DNA of 35,780 nt from Minisyncoccota bacterium (GCA_041654015.1 JBAZEI010000003.1:1-35780); one strand, 5' to 3'. Counted from the first letter of the stretch, positions 1 to 9,050 are shown. Notes: generated from the sequence alone by a model not told the origin. Made by a program: numbers and translations.

Positions 1-1500
1 ATCCTGAGTGATAAAACTAACTCCGAGATAATATTTTCTGGCTCTTTTTGCGAGCCCAAAAAGGAAAGAAGCGCTTTCCTCGTGCGCTAACAGCCACCAG
101 CCTTCGTCAATAACCACTATTCTTTTTTTAATGTCTTTTTTAATCATTGTCCAGATATAATTTAAAACAACATACATCGCAATGGGCCTTAATTCATCTG
201 ACAATTCTCTGACTCCAAAAATTACAAGTCGGTTATTAATGTCTATATTTGATGGTTGATTAAGAAAACCGGCATAGGTTCCTTTTGTAAATTTATACAA
301 TTTTGCCGCCAAGTCTTCTCCCCCCTCGGTATTTTGGAGCACATTTTCCAAATCTTCCATTAACGGCGGAGTTTTTCTTTCAAGCATATTTTTTGGAAAT
401 ATGTCCCGGCTGGCATACGTTTGAATTAGAGCGCGGTCTAAAAGCAATTCTTCCTGCGGGGTTAACCCCCCGAGCATTAATTTAATCAACCCGATAAGGT
501 TTAAAATATGGTTTCGAAAAACTTCTTCATTTGTTTCTTCCTCTTCTTTTATCGGCGGAAGTTCAAAAGGATTAATATTATCTTCGGAAGCGACGGCGAT
601 ATTAAAATAACTGCCGCCAATAGATTCTGCTAAATACTGATATTCATTTTCTGGGTCAATGATTAAAACATTAACGCCTAATAACAGAGATCGCAGGATT
701 TCTAATTTAATCGCGTAACTTTTTCCTGCGCCGGCTTGGGCAAAAACTACCATATTGGCGTTGGGCAGACTAAAACGGTCAAAAATTACCAAGCTGTTAT
801 TGTGCAAATTCACTCCATAAAGAATGCCTTTATTATCTGAAAGATCTAAAGATGAAAATGGAAAAAGAGTGGCTGCTGGTTGAGAGTTCAAAGGAGTGGT
901 TAGAAATAATCTATCAATGCCGAGAGGAAAAGAGGATTCCATTCCTTCAAATTCCCTAAAGATTGCCGGTTTGGCGTATATTAATTGCTGCTCCAATAAA
1001 TTTCTGATTTTACTTTCTATTTTTTGGAGGCCATCTTTACTAGTCGCCCAAAAAGTGATATAGACACCGACATCAAACAATCTTTCGCTGCCTTGTTGGA
1101 TTGTATCCCGCAGCTGTTCAATATTATTTAAAGCCGCTTCCAAGAGAGGGTTTCTTATTAATCCTCTCTCGGCTTCAATGTTAATTTGAGCTTGAATTTC
1201 TGCAGATTTTTTTCTGAGATCCCTTAAAACTTTATTAACATCAAGAGGGTGAAAAAATATGGCAATATCAAAAGATTCGTCCAGATTAATAACTGAGGAG
1301 AACCAATTAGAAGCTAAATAATCGGGATAAGTGAGAATAAAAAGAGTAGCGCAGTATTGCTCGCCTAATTTAAGAAAATTTGTATTAATTTCTAATCCAG
1401 CCGGAGCAATTAAGTTTTGGAGAGTGGAAAAAGCTTCGGCAGAAGCCGACTCTTTTGGGGGCTGATTGTGTTTTTTTGCTGGGAGAAAAGGTAAACGCAT
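1..1500 (-). CDS. VirB4/TrbE/TraC-family type IV secretion ATPase; C-terminus runs off the window
   Basis: Not in the ORF track because it is open to position 1. My translation from the ATG at 1498-1500: MRLPFLPAKKHNQPPKESASAEAFSTLQNLIAPAGLEINTNFLKLGEQYCATLFILTYPDYLASNWF...NMVVFAQAGAGKSYAIKLE (Walker A)...KRIVVIDEGWWLL (Walker B-like)...GVSFITQD. The order of motifs matches the VirB4 N-domain plus ATPase domain. Confidence 0.85.
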   Translation of the reverse strand, partial: MRLPFLPAKKHNQPPKESASAEAFSTLQNLIAPAGLEINTNFLKLGEQYCATLFILTYPDYLASNWFSSVINLDESFDIAIFFHPLDVNKVLRDLRKKSAEIQAQINIEAERGLIRNPLLEAALNNIEQLRDTIQQGSERLFDVGVYITFWATSKDGLQKIESKIRNLLEQQLIYAKPAIFREFEGMESSFPLGIDRLFLTTPLNSQPAATLFPFSSLDLSDNKGILYGVNLHNNSLVIFDRFSLPNANMVVFAQAGAGKSYAIKLEILRSLLLGVNVLIIDPENEYQYLAESIGGSYFNIAVASEDNINPFELPPIKEEEETNEEVFRNHILNLIGLIKLMLGGLTPQEELLLDRALIQTYASRDIFPKNMLERKTPPLMEDLENVLQNTEGGEDLAAKLYKFTKGTYAGFLNQPSNIDINNRLVIFGVRELSDELRPIAMYVVLNYIWTMIKKDIKKRIVVIDEGWWLLAHEESASFLFGLAKRARKYYLGVSFITQD

Positions 1501-1512
1501 TGTAGTCGTATT

Positions 1513-2202
1513 TTATTGGTTAAATTCCGAAGGGATACTAATAGATTCTCTTTCAAAAGTCTCAGGATTATAAAGATTGAAGAATAGTTCTATCAATTCT
1601 TTAGTTGTTAACGGCCGGGCATCTAAACCCATGCGAGTAAAGTTATTAATAATATTATTTTGGCGAATCATTAGCTGTTGGTAATATTGATTAAAGTCTT
1701 CATTAGATAAAATTTGAGCGCCGGAAAAAGCTTGGCGTTTCAGATTGAGCAATCTTGTATAAGCTTCCGTTATTTGGCTTAGAGCATTTCGAGGTTTAAT
1801 AATTATCGGGTCATAAGGGATAACAACATAAAATCTTTTTTTCATAATATTGCTCTCGGTAACCAGTCCCTTGATAAAAGCATAATAATCTTCCCCCTGC
1901 AGTTTTAACAAGCTGTTCGTTTCTTGATTAATTTTTTCTTGAAGAAAGTTTAAATAAGTTTCTATATTAACCCGGCGGGAATGAGCAACAACTTGCATCT
2001 GAAAATCCAAATTATTCAGCAAATTACGCCAATTTGTTAATATTGAAGATTGCTCTTGTTCTGATTTTAAATCTAAATTTATTCCGGAGACTGATAATAC
2101 TGAACGTAAAGATCCGTTTTTTAAAATGATCACCCCCTTTTTAATTTGGTGGAGAGAAAGAAGTGATTGGCTGCTAAAAGCTTCTTTTGGTTTTTGAGGC
2201 AT
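1513..2202 (-). CDS. Hypothetical protein, VirB4-associated N-terminal module; same frame as the downstream ATPase ORF
   Basis: 229-aa ORF. The stretch GVIILKNGSLRSVLSVSGINLDLKSEQEQSSILTNWRNLLNNLDFQMQVV resembles the start of Gram-positive-type VirB4/TraE proteins. Its TAA stop (1513-1515) is in the same frame as the next ATG (1498-1500), four codons further on. Confidence 0.6.
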   Translation of the reverse strand: MPQKPKEAFSSQSLLSLHQIKKGVIILKNGSLRSVLSVSGINLDLKSEQEQSSILTNWRNLLNNLDFQMQVVAHSRRVNIETYLNFLQEKINQETNSLLKLQGEDYYAFIKGLVTESNIMKKRFYVVIPYDPIIIKPRNALSQITEAYTRLLNLKRQAFSGAQILSNEDFNQYYQQLMIRQNNIINNFTRMGLDARPLTTKELIELFFNLYNPETFERESISIPSEFNQ

Positions 2203-2203
2203 T

Positions 2204-2602
2204 TTATTTATCCAAAATTTCTGTTAGTTGTTGAATGGTTTTAAGGTCTAGTGTTTTTTTGGGAGGTGTTTTTGTTTCTGGCATTGGCTCTGGTGAAGGC
2301 CTTTTAGGAGACGGAGCAGCAGTTTGTTCTTTTTGCCAGAGATAATATTTAGGAAGCCAAAGATGCCGGATGGCAGACATAAAAAAGTTAGACACCGGCA
2401 TATTGTATATTTTTCCAAAAGCAAGAAATAATCCTAATGGAGCCAAGATAGCAAATAAAATCAGCCAAAGCCATAATTGTAAAAGGTTAAATAAAATAAT
2501 CAGCACTGCCGCGAAAGATAATAAAATCCATAACTGGTTAAAAGTAATTAACCCCATTAATTTTGTTTCTTCTTCTATAAATTTGGGCACTTGATAAGCC
2601 AT
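2204..2602 (-). CDS. PrgI/VirB3-like small membrane protein
   Basis: The N-terminus MAYQVPKFIEEETKLMGLITFNQLW is followed by two hydrophobic helices. It sits immediately upstream of the VirB4-like genes, which is the classic VirB3-VirB4 order. Family assignment is from memory of the PrgI-family signature. Confidence 0.6.
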   Translation of the reverse strand: MAYQVPKFIEEETKLMGLITFNQLWILLSFAAVLIILFNLLQLWLWLILFAILAPLGLFLAFGKIYNMPVSNFFMSAIRHLWLPKYYLWQKEQTAAPSPKRPSPEPMPETKTPPKKTLDLKTIQQLTEILDK

Positions 2603-2607
2603 AATTA

Positions 2608-3594
2608 TTAAGCTTTGCCAAAAGGGCTTTCCTCTTTGTATTTTTTATACTTTATGGGCTCAGGTGTGATCTCCTCTTGCTTTTTTTCTTGTTCCATTTC
2701 CTTTAATTTAACATCAAGCACATATGGTTTTTTGGCTGTTGATTTTTGAGGAATTTTCCCTTCTTTGAATTTTGTTTCCCGGCTAGAGATAATTGTGGAA
2801 GCTTCTATCGGAGGGATGGGTTTTATTTTTGGCGCTTCTTCCTCTCGCGCTTCAGGCTTTTCTCCACTTTGTTTTGATTTAAGCACACTTTTCATTTCTT
2901 CCACAATCTTTGGCTGGGGGTTCTTCTTAGCCATTGCTTCTAAAAGCTTGTTGCGAATTTCTTCTTGTTGAGTAGGAGTGGTTTTTGGGGCAATAACTTT
3001 TTTTAATTCATTAATTTTGCTGATAGGTTTTTCCACTTTTATCTCGGTAGGTTCAGGAAAAGAATATTGAGAAATGGTTTGCTGAGGGGGTTCTGAGGAT
3101 TCTGGCTTGGGAGAAATTTGTTCGGCCTGTGTTTCAACTAGTTGCTTTTTTTCTTCTTGCGCTTTTATTTCTGTTTCTATAATTTTCTTTGTTTCTGTAA
3201 TTTGTTGCTGTTCCTTTATAGTTTCTTGCGCTGGCGATATTTCTTCTGAGGATAGTGGCTGAGTTTTACTCTCTGGCATTAGTTCCTGCTCTTTTGGCTT
3301 TAATTCGTCTTTAAATTGATTAAAAATTTGCTTTTGGACGAGACCAATAATGATTCTTGATTGAGCAGGCGATATTTTAAGATAAGACTCCACATTTTGA
3401 GTAAAATCTATTGGTGATATTTCGCCTAAAAGGACATTGCCAACCATTTCTGTTAATCGCGTGGTTTGTTCAATATTTAAATTGGTTAAGGTAACTATAT
3501 TTTTTGTGATTTCTGTCAATTCATCTGAAATAAGGAAATCCTGAATTTTTTTAGGCGCTTCAGCGTATCTTTTTTCGAAATTATTTTCATTCAT
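2608..3594 (-). CDS. Hypothetical protein with a structured N-terminal ~100 aa followed by E/K/Q/P-rich low-complexity sequence
   Basis: 328-aa ORF tightly packed (3-5 nt gaps) between the VirB3-like and VirB6-like genes. No recognisable catalytic motif. Confidence 0.6.
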   Translation of the reverse strand: MNENNFEKRYAEAPKKIQDFLISDELTEITKNIVTLTNLNIEQTTRLTEMVGNVLLGEISPIDFTQNVESYLKISPAQSRIIIGLVQKQIFNQFKDELKPKEQELMPESKTQPLSSEEISPAQETIKEQQQITETKKIIETEIKAQEEKKQLVETQAEQISPKPESSEPPQQTISQYSFPEPTEIKVEKPISKINELKKVIAPKTTPTQQEEIRNKLLEAMAKKNPQPKIVEEMKSVLKSKQSGEKPEAREEEAPKIKPIPPIEASTIISSRETKFKEGKIPQKSTAKKPYVLDVKLKEMEQEKKQEEITPEPIKYKKYKEESPFGKA

Positions 3595-3597
3595 GTT

Positions 3598-5946
3598 TTA
3601 TGTTTGGGGCGGTTGCCATATTCCACCTTCTTTAACCCAACCAGGATAGGGAGGCGTTTCCTCGGGGCCTTTATCTTTCTTTTCTTCTTTCGGTATTCCA
3701 ATCCCGCTCGCTTCTCTTAATGTCTGAGAGGTAGGGATTGCTTCCTCGTAGAATTTTTTCTTTGCTTCAATGTCTTTTTCAATAGCCTTGACAATTTTTC
3801 CTTCTTTTCCTCCCCATCTTTCCTCTACCATATCTTTTGGAGAAATACCCTTCCACCATCCTGCTAATTGAGCTGGAGACAAAGTTTTTACTGTTTCCTG
3901 GATAATTTTTTCAAAAGTTTCTTCTCCGATTGCCTCCTGTTCGTTTTTTGTTTTTCCTTCCTTGGCGGCAGCGGCTTTTCTATCCCTTACAGTGTCCTTT
4001 ATAAAGCCGCTAACTTGAGTTTTATCCCTTAGTTTATCAGGTTTGATCCTGCCTAAAGCTTCTACTTTGTTTTTTATGTCATCGCCAGTGTCAACCAGTT
4101 CTCCGTCTTTTATTTTGAAATAATGGGGGGTAGCTTCGGCAATGGCTTTTTTCTCAAATCGAATGTCGTCTTTATTGCGTTTAATAAATTCTATTGAGTT
4201 TTCACCCAGTTCGCCCATACCAGCTAATTTATTAACCAAAGCGACTCTTTTTTCATAAGCTTCCTTTTCTAATTTCGAGGGGAGTTTGGCTTGTTCCAAT
4301 TGTTTTAATGCCCCTAAGCTTACTTGTTCCAACTCTTTTTCATACTCCTTTACTCTTGTTGCTTTTGCTTTTTCTCCGGCAACCAGCATTTCCTGGCCAA
4401 CTCCCCTAAGCAACGGGACACTAGTTAAAGCCTTGCCTGCTTTGGCATAAGTTGGGGATTCTACAATGCCTCCTTTTACCTTTTTCCCTAATAAAGCTCC
4501 GGCGCCGAGGACAAGTTTACTGCCTTGCTTTTGGACTGTTTTAGAGACAACGCCGCCGCTTTGAATCGAAAAAATTAAACCTCCAATTAAGAATACAGAG
4601 AATAAGAAAATATGTATAAATGTGGTTATGGGGCCTATCTTTTCTCCAGCGCTGCTAAAATCAATCTTGTTTATCGTATTTAGAATGGTGATTCCCATAA
4701 AGAGCGTAATTGAAAAAATAACAGGGAAAGTGCACCATTTGATAAATTGATCCCACCAAGTTTTCCAAAGGCCTGCTGTTGCTGGTAAAACCCAGGCGGC
4801 AAAAGCAGCCGGGGCTACACATAAAAGCATCAGAATAAGGCCAGCCCGAAAAATCATTGTGACAAAAATAGCAAACAGAGTGATAATAGAAAATATTCCT
4901 AAGATGATAAGAACTATCATACAGAGCAAAAAGTTTCCCCAACTGTAAGCCCATCCCTCTATACTATCTTGGTCGGCTTTGTCAACAAGCGTAAAGGCGT
5001 ATTTTTCCCCACTAGTGATTCTTTCTGTCTGATAAAGCGTTGTCAACGACTTAGCAAAACTATCATTATCCATTTTTGCTAAATTTAAGAAAGTGTAGGT
5101 GGCAAAATGAGAAATATCTAATATTATTCCGGGTATAATCAAACTAAAATTCACTAACAAAGCCACCACGACAAGCTTCCAAAGCGTGTCCTGCCAGCGG
5201 TATTTTTTAATGCCTAAGATAGTGGCAATGGCGATAAAGACTAAAATTAAAACCAAAGCAAGATTAATGTAATCTCTAAAAATCCCCCAGATTTCTTTTA
5301 CAGAACTATTATTTACAAATCCGCCATAAGTTGCTGGTTCAAGGGCCCAAGTAATCCAGCCAATAAGACTATTTATGATGCCGGCGATCATTTTTCCTGT
5401 TCCTTCCACAACACCTTTTTGGAAAAGGCATAATTGGTATTCAACCCATCCTGACTCCCATACTTTTTTAGATTCACCTTCTAATCCACTACATATTATT
5501 TTAGGTGATTTTTCTGATAATTTTGTTTTATTTTCTGTAAATTCTTTAGTTATAAAACCAAGTGTTGTAGTTGTTCCTTCGCTTACATTTTCATGCCCCA
5601 TATAGATAAAAAGTTCAACAAGACTACATGTATCATGACATACAGAGTTTTTGCCTCCTTGTACTGTTTGATTATCCCAATCATAAATAGATTCTATTAT
5701 ATAGTTTTCATACTTATCCTTCCCTGTTATTTCACAGCATTGATTACACCACTCTTCTTTTATTTTAACCTCGTCATCACCTTGTTTAAATTCAGGGGGT
5801 TTGCTACAATAATCAGCATTTTCATCAAGTGGGATTTTTGCTGCTTGGACTTCCTTTGTTGTATTTAATAAAAGATTGGGACTTATTAGTAAAGACAAAA
5901 TAACAATGCTAAAAACCCCGATTTTTAATATATTTTTTGTTTTCAT
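3598..5946 (-). CDS. VirB6/TrbL-like polytopic membrane protein with a Cys-rich extracytoplasmic N-domain and a long charged C-terminal tail
   Basis: 782 aa. It has a signal/anchor (ILKIGVFSIVILSLLISPNLLL), a ~150-aa domain with many Cys, and at least 6 hydrophobic helices between about aa 200-480. A K/E-rich tail of ~300 aa follows. Position in a VirB3/VirB4 cluster supports the call. Confidence 0.6.
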   Translation of the reverse strand: MKTKNILKIGVFSIVILSLLISPNLLLNTTKEVQAAKIPLDENADYCSKPPEFKQGDDEVKIKEEWCNQCCEITGKDKYENYIIESIYDWDNQTVQGGKNSVCHDTCSLVELFIYMGHENVSEGTTTTLGFITKEFTENKTKLSEKSPKIICSGLEGESKKVWESGWVEYQLCLFQKGVVEGTGKMIAGIINSLIGWITWALEPATYGGFVNNSSVKEIWGIFRDYINLALVLILVFIAIATILGIKKYRWQDTLWKLVVVALLVNFSLIIPGIILDISHFATYTFLNLAKMDNDSFAKSLTTLYQTERITSGEKYAFTLVDKADQDSIEGWAYSWGNFLLCMIVLIILGIFSIITLFAIFVTMIFRAGLILMLLCVAPAAFAAWVLPATAGLWKTWWDQFIKWCTFPVIFSITLFMGITILNTINKIDFSSAGEKIGPITTFIHIFLFSVFLIGGLIFSIQSGGVVSKTVQKQGSKLVLGAGALLGKKVKGGIVESPTYAKAGKALTSVPLLRGVGQEMLVAGEKAKATRVKEYEKELEQVSLGALKQLEQAKLPSKLEKEAYEKRVALVNKLAGMGELGENSIEFIKRNKDDIRFEKKAIAEATPHYFKIKDGELVDTGDDIKNKVEALGRIKPDKLRDKTQVSGFIKDTVRDRKAAAAKEGKTKNEQEAIGEETFEKIIQETVKTLSPAQLAGWWKGISPKDMVEERWGGKEGKIVKAIEKDIEAKKKFYEEAIPTSQTLREASGIGIPKEEKKDKGPEETPPYPGWVKEGGIWQPPQT

Positions 5947-6020
5947 AGTATTTTTTAAAATTATAATATATTGTTTATAATTAAGAGCATTGGATTATTC
6001 AACGATCTAAATTATATAAA

Positions 6021-6851
6021 TTATACACTATTATTGTTTAATAATAAAGATAAAGAAATCCATTTGTCTATTGATAAATCTTGGGCTCTGGCGTCTAAAG
6101 GAATATTTAATTGCCTTAAAGCTTCTTTGACGCTTTCTTTGTTTATTTTAAGATTAAGAGATAAGTTGTTTAAAAGCAATTTTCTCGGCTGTTTAAAGCC
6201 GGCTTTGATTGTTTCAAAATATGCCTGTTTTATTGCTTTGTTTTTTCTGTTTAGAGGATAAGGGGTCAATTTAATAATGGCAGAATCTATTTTGGGAATT
6301 GGGGAGAAAGCGGTTTTGGAAACATAAGAGATAATTTCTGGCTTGGCGTAAAATTGGACAGAGGCGGCTAAAAGATTCATTTTTGCTTGTCTCTTATAAT
6401 TTTGGCGGCAGGAGAGTGGATTACTTACTATTCTTTGGGCAACTTCTTTTTGAACCATTAAAATTATATTTTGCGGCTGGTTTTCTAATTCTAATAAAAG
6501 TTTAATCAAGTGAGAAGTTAAATAATAAGGGATGTTGCCGACAACTTTAAAATTAGAATCTAGAATTTGGAATTCAGAATTTAGAAAATCGCGGATATCC
6601 GCTTGGATGATTTTTAAATTTGGTTTATTTCCAAATTTATTCTGCAGAAATTTGGCAAGTTTTGGATCTTTTTCCACAGCAATAACATTAGCCCCGGTTT
6701 TTAGAAGAGACTGGGTTAAAATTCCTTTTCCGGGGCCGATTTCTAATACCAAATCTTTTTTGCTTATCTTGCTTTCTCGGATAATTTGCTTAATTGCACT
6801 TTGGTCCTTGAGGAAAACCTGGCCTAATTTTTTTTGTTTATTAAACTGCAT
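6021..6851 (-). CDS. rsmA: 16S rRNA (adenine1518/1519-N6)-dimethyltransferase RsmA/KsgA
   Basis: KKLGQVFLKDQSAIKQII...VLEIGPGKGILTQSLL (SAM motif I)...VVGNIPYYLTSHLI, the typical KsgA signature order. Confidence 0.9.
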   Translation of the reverse strand: MQFNKQKKLGQVFLKDQSAIKQIIRESKISKKDLVLEIGPGKGILTQSLLKTGANVIAVEKDPKLAKFLQNKFGNKPNLKIIQADIRDFLNSEFQILDSNFKVVGNIPYYLTSHLIKLLLELENQPQNIILMVQKEVAQRIVSNPLSCRQNYKRQAKMNLLAASVQFYAKPEIISYVSKTAFSPIPKIDSAIIKLTPYPLNRKNKAIKQAYFETIKAGFKQPRKLLLNNLSLNLKINKESVKEALRQLNIPLDARAQDLSIDKWISLSLLLNNNSV

Positions 6852-6931
6852 AAATACTTTGACAAAGTTAATAATAATAGTAAAATATAATTGTCTGGCA
6901 GAAATTAAAAATTTAATATATTATAAATAAA

Positions 6932-7645
6932 ATGAACAAAAAATATAAAAATTTAATTTTTATTTTAGCGATAATCCTTATAATCGTTTTGGTTTTAATT
7001 ATTGTCCTCTCGAAGCAAAAGGAGGAGGCAATTTTAACTTACGGCGGTTGGGAAACAAACATTTATACTGGATTTTATCGGCCGCAACAGGGAGGTTGGG
7101 CTGAATTAATTATTAAGGATGAGGAAGGAAAGGAAAGTTTACAGAGGTCTATTTATTTGGGCGAGACAACTATTGAGGGGGTTCTTTCATATGGAGTAGA
7201 GGTTGACGCCAATCTTTGGGATAATAAAGGGGTTATTCTTCAAATATGGTATGATGAAAGCTCTGACGAGATTGTAAAGATGGTTAGCAAAATGAAGCAG
7301 GGCAAAGAGGTTACTTGTGTAAGCGCGAATCTTATGGAATTGATATTTCCCGCGTTCAAAGATTATTTGCCTTCAGTTTTTACACCGCCTAAATACAGTT
7401 CAGTGAACGATTATAATTATGGAACTTATACAACTGAAAGCGGGAAGACAGTTCAAGTGGCAAAATTTATTGACGAATATCAAACAGAAATTTGGGTAAG
7501 CAGTGAAGTGCCTTTTGGAATAGTCAAAGGTGTTTACTTGCCTACTAAGACAACTGTGGTCAGATTGCGTGATTTTGGTTTGTCTGGAGCAAAACCTGTT
7601 ATTTCCAAAACGGAAATGATGAACTGCATTGCAGGCGCATTATAA
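6932..7645 (+). CDS. Hypothetical membrane-anchored protein
   Basis: 237-aa ORF with an N-terminal hydrophobic anchor (LIFILAIILIIVLVLIIVL). No recognised domain. Confidence 0.55.
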   Translation: MNKKYKNLIFILAIILIIVLVLIIVLSKQKEEAILTYGGWETNIYTGFYRPQQGGWAELIIKDEEGKESLQRSIYLGETTIEGVLSYGVEVDANLWDNKGVILQIWYDESSDEIVKMVSKMKQGKEVTCVSANLMELIFPAFKDYLPSVFTPPKYSSVNDYNYGTYTTESGKTVQVAKFIDEYQTEIWVSSEVPFGIVKGVYLPTKTTVVRLRDFGLSGAKPVISKTEMMNCIAGAL

Positions 7646-7671
7646 ATGTAGCAATGTAGCAATGTAATTAA

Positions 7672-7790
7672 GGGGTTGACCCCCACCTTTTAGAAAAAGA
7701 CGGGGGTTGACCCCCACACCAAACGAGAACTGACTTCGTCAAAATTTAACGCCTTTGGCGTTTTGTTCTCATTATGGTGTGGGGGTTGAC
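7672..7790. repeat. Three copies of a GGGGTTGAC(CCCCAC) motif plus a long imperfect inverted repeat enclosing two small hairpins
   Basis: GGGGTTGACCCCCAC at 7672-7686 and 7703-7717, and GGGGTTGAC at 7782-7790. CCCCCACACCAAACGAGAAC (7711-7730) pairs with GTTCTCATTATGGTGTGGGGG (7765-7785). The inner hairpins are TGAC-TTC-GTCA and AACGCC-TTT-GGCGTT. Confidence 0.7.
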
Positions 7791-7928
7791 TTTTTAAAAT
7801 GCTTTGTTAAAATATTGACAAGGCCTTTTAAAGGGCCTTTTAAATAGCATTGTTATTTCAAAATTAACATTTTTACTTGGAAAAAACAATTTAATAGAGG
7901 CATAAGTATTATTAAAAATCGGCTATTC

Positions 7929-9050
7929 TTGTTGAGCAAATTGGCCAAAAAACAACAATTGATTTCCTTGCCTTTGCTTCAGATAGTTATTGGTCTGTTT
8001 ATATTTTCCCTTTTTTTGGGAAATTCTTATCTTTCTCCTCAAATAATGGTTGTCCAGCAACAAGGAGAAAGCTTTTTAATAAAAGAAGGCGGCAATACTG
8101 CATCTATCCAAGATAGTTTGCTGGCTAAGACTGCCTATGCCTATACAGAGAATATAAGCGTGGATGGAAATCAGATTATAGAAAACGGTGTTAGCGCTGA
8201 GGCGCGAGAAGACCCTTTGGCTTATTTAACCGTTGTAGATAACAGCAATTTTTTGGCAATTAGTTCACCAAGCGAGTTTTTATTGCCAGCGGCTCAAAGA
8301 AACGCCATAATTAATTATACGGTGAAAGAAGGTGATAGCCCCGGTAAAATTGCCGCTAATTTTGACATCAGCTTAAATACAGTTTTATGGGCTAATAACT
8401 TGAGCTCTAAATCTATAATTCAACCTGGCGACGAGCTTACTATTTTGCCAGTTTCAGGAGTTAATCATAAAGTAAAGAAAGGAGAGACTTTATCCGCGAT
8501 CGCTTCAAAATACAAAGCGTCAATTGACGAAATAATAGCTTTTAATAATTTAAAGGATAAAAGTTCTATCCAAATAGGACAAGAAATTATTATTCCCGGC
8601 GGTGTTTTAGGGTCTGTGGATTCTTCAACGAGCCAAAGGGTTTCATCATCTGGTTTAAAAGCAATGGCAGAAGATACAAGTTTCTGGCCTAATTATGAAG
8701 ATTTTTTTGCTTTTCCTGTTTCCGGCGGATGGAATAAAGGAATCCTTCATTATTATAACGCGGTGGATATCATTAACTCCTGCGGCAGTCCTATTTATGC
8801 CGCTGCTGACGGATTGGTAACTGAAGCTAAAGGGTCAGGCGCCTATAATTTAGGATATGGCAATATGGTAAAAATTCAGCATTATAATGCGACAATGACG
8901 GTTTATGGCCATTTAAATGAAGTTTTAGTTAAATCCGGAGATAAAGTTTATCAGGGGGATTTAATCGGACGGATGGGAGATACAGGAAACTCTAATGGCT
9001 GTCACCTACATTTTGAAGTGCGGGGAGCGCAGAATCCTTTTGCAAAATAA
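7929..9050 (+). CDS. LysM-domain M23-family peptidoglycan metallopeptidase
   Basis: Two LysM repeats (YTVKEGDSPGKIAANFDISLNTVLWANNL...; HKVKKGETLSAIASKYKASIDEIIAFNNL...). C-terminal M23 motifs: GSPIYAAADGLV...GYGNMVKIQH...YGHL...GDTGNSNGCHLHFEVRG. The annotated start is TTG; the exact start is uncertain. Confidence 0.88.
   Translation: MLSKLAKKQQLISLPLLQIVIGLFIFSLFLGNSYLSPQIMVVQQQGESFLIKEGGNTASIQDSLLAKTAYAYTENISVDGNQIIENGVSAEAREDPLAYLTVVDNSNFLAISSPSEFLLPAAQRNAIINYTVKEGDSPGKIAANFDISLNTVLWANNLSSKSIIQPGDELTILPVSGVNHKVKKGETLSAIASKYKASIDEIIAFNNLKDKSSIQIGQEIIIPGGVLGSVDSSTSQRVSSSGLKAMAEDTSFWPNYEDFFAFPVSGGWNKGILHYYNAVDIINSCGSPIYAAADGLVTEAKGSGAYNLGYGNMVKIQHYNATMTVYGHLNEVLVKSGDKVYQGDLIGRMGDTGNSNGCHLHFEVRGAQNPFAK

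Noticed and set aside
303-485. 60-aa plus-strand ORF
   Set aside because: It is antisense to the clearly coding VirB4-like ATPase region.
7646-7928. c-di-AMP (ydaO-type) riboswitch upstream of the LysM-M23 hydrolase gene
   Set aside because: The context fits and there are ACGGGGG...CCCCCA-like strings. However, I could not find the other conserved halves (ACCCG/CCGA segments, pseudo-twofold architecture) by eye. It needs cmscan and is not claimed.
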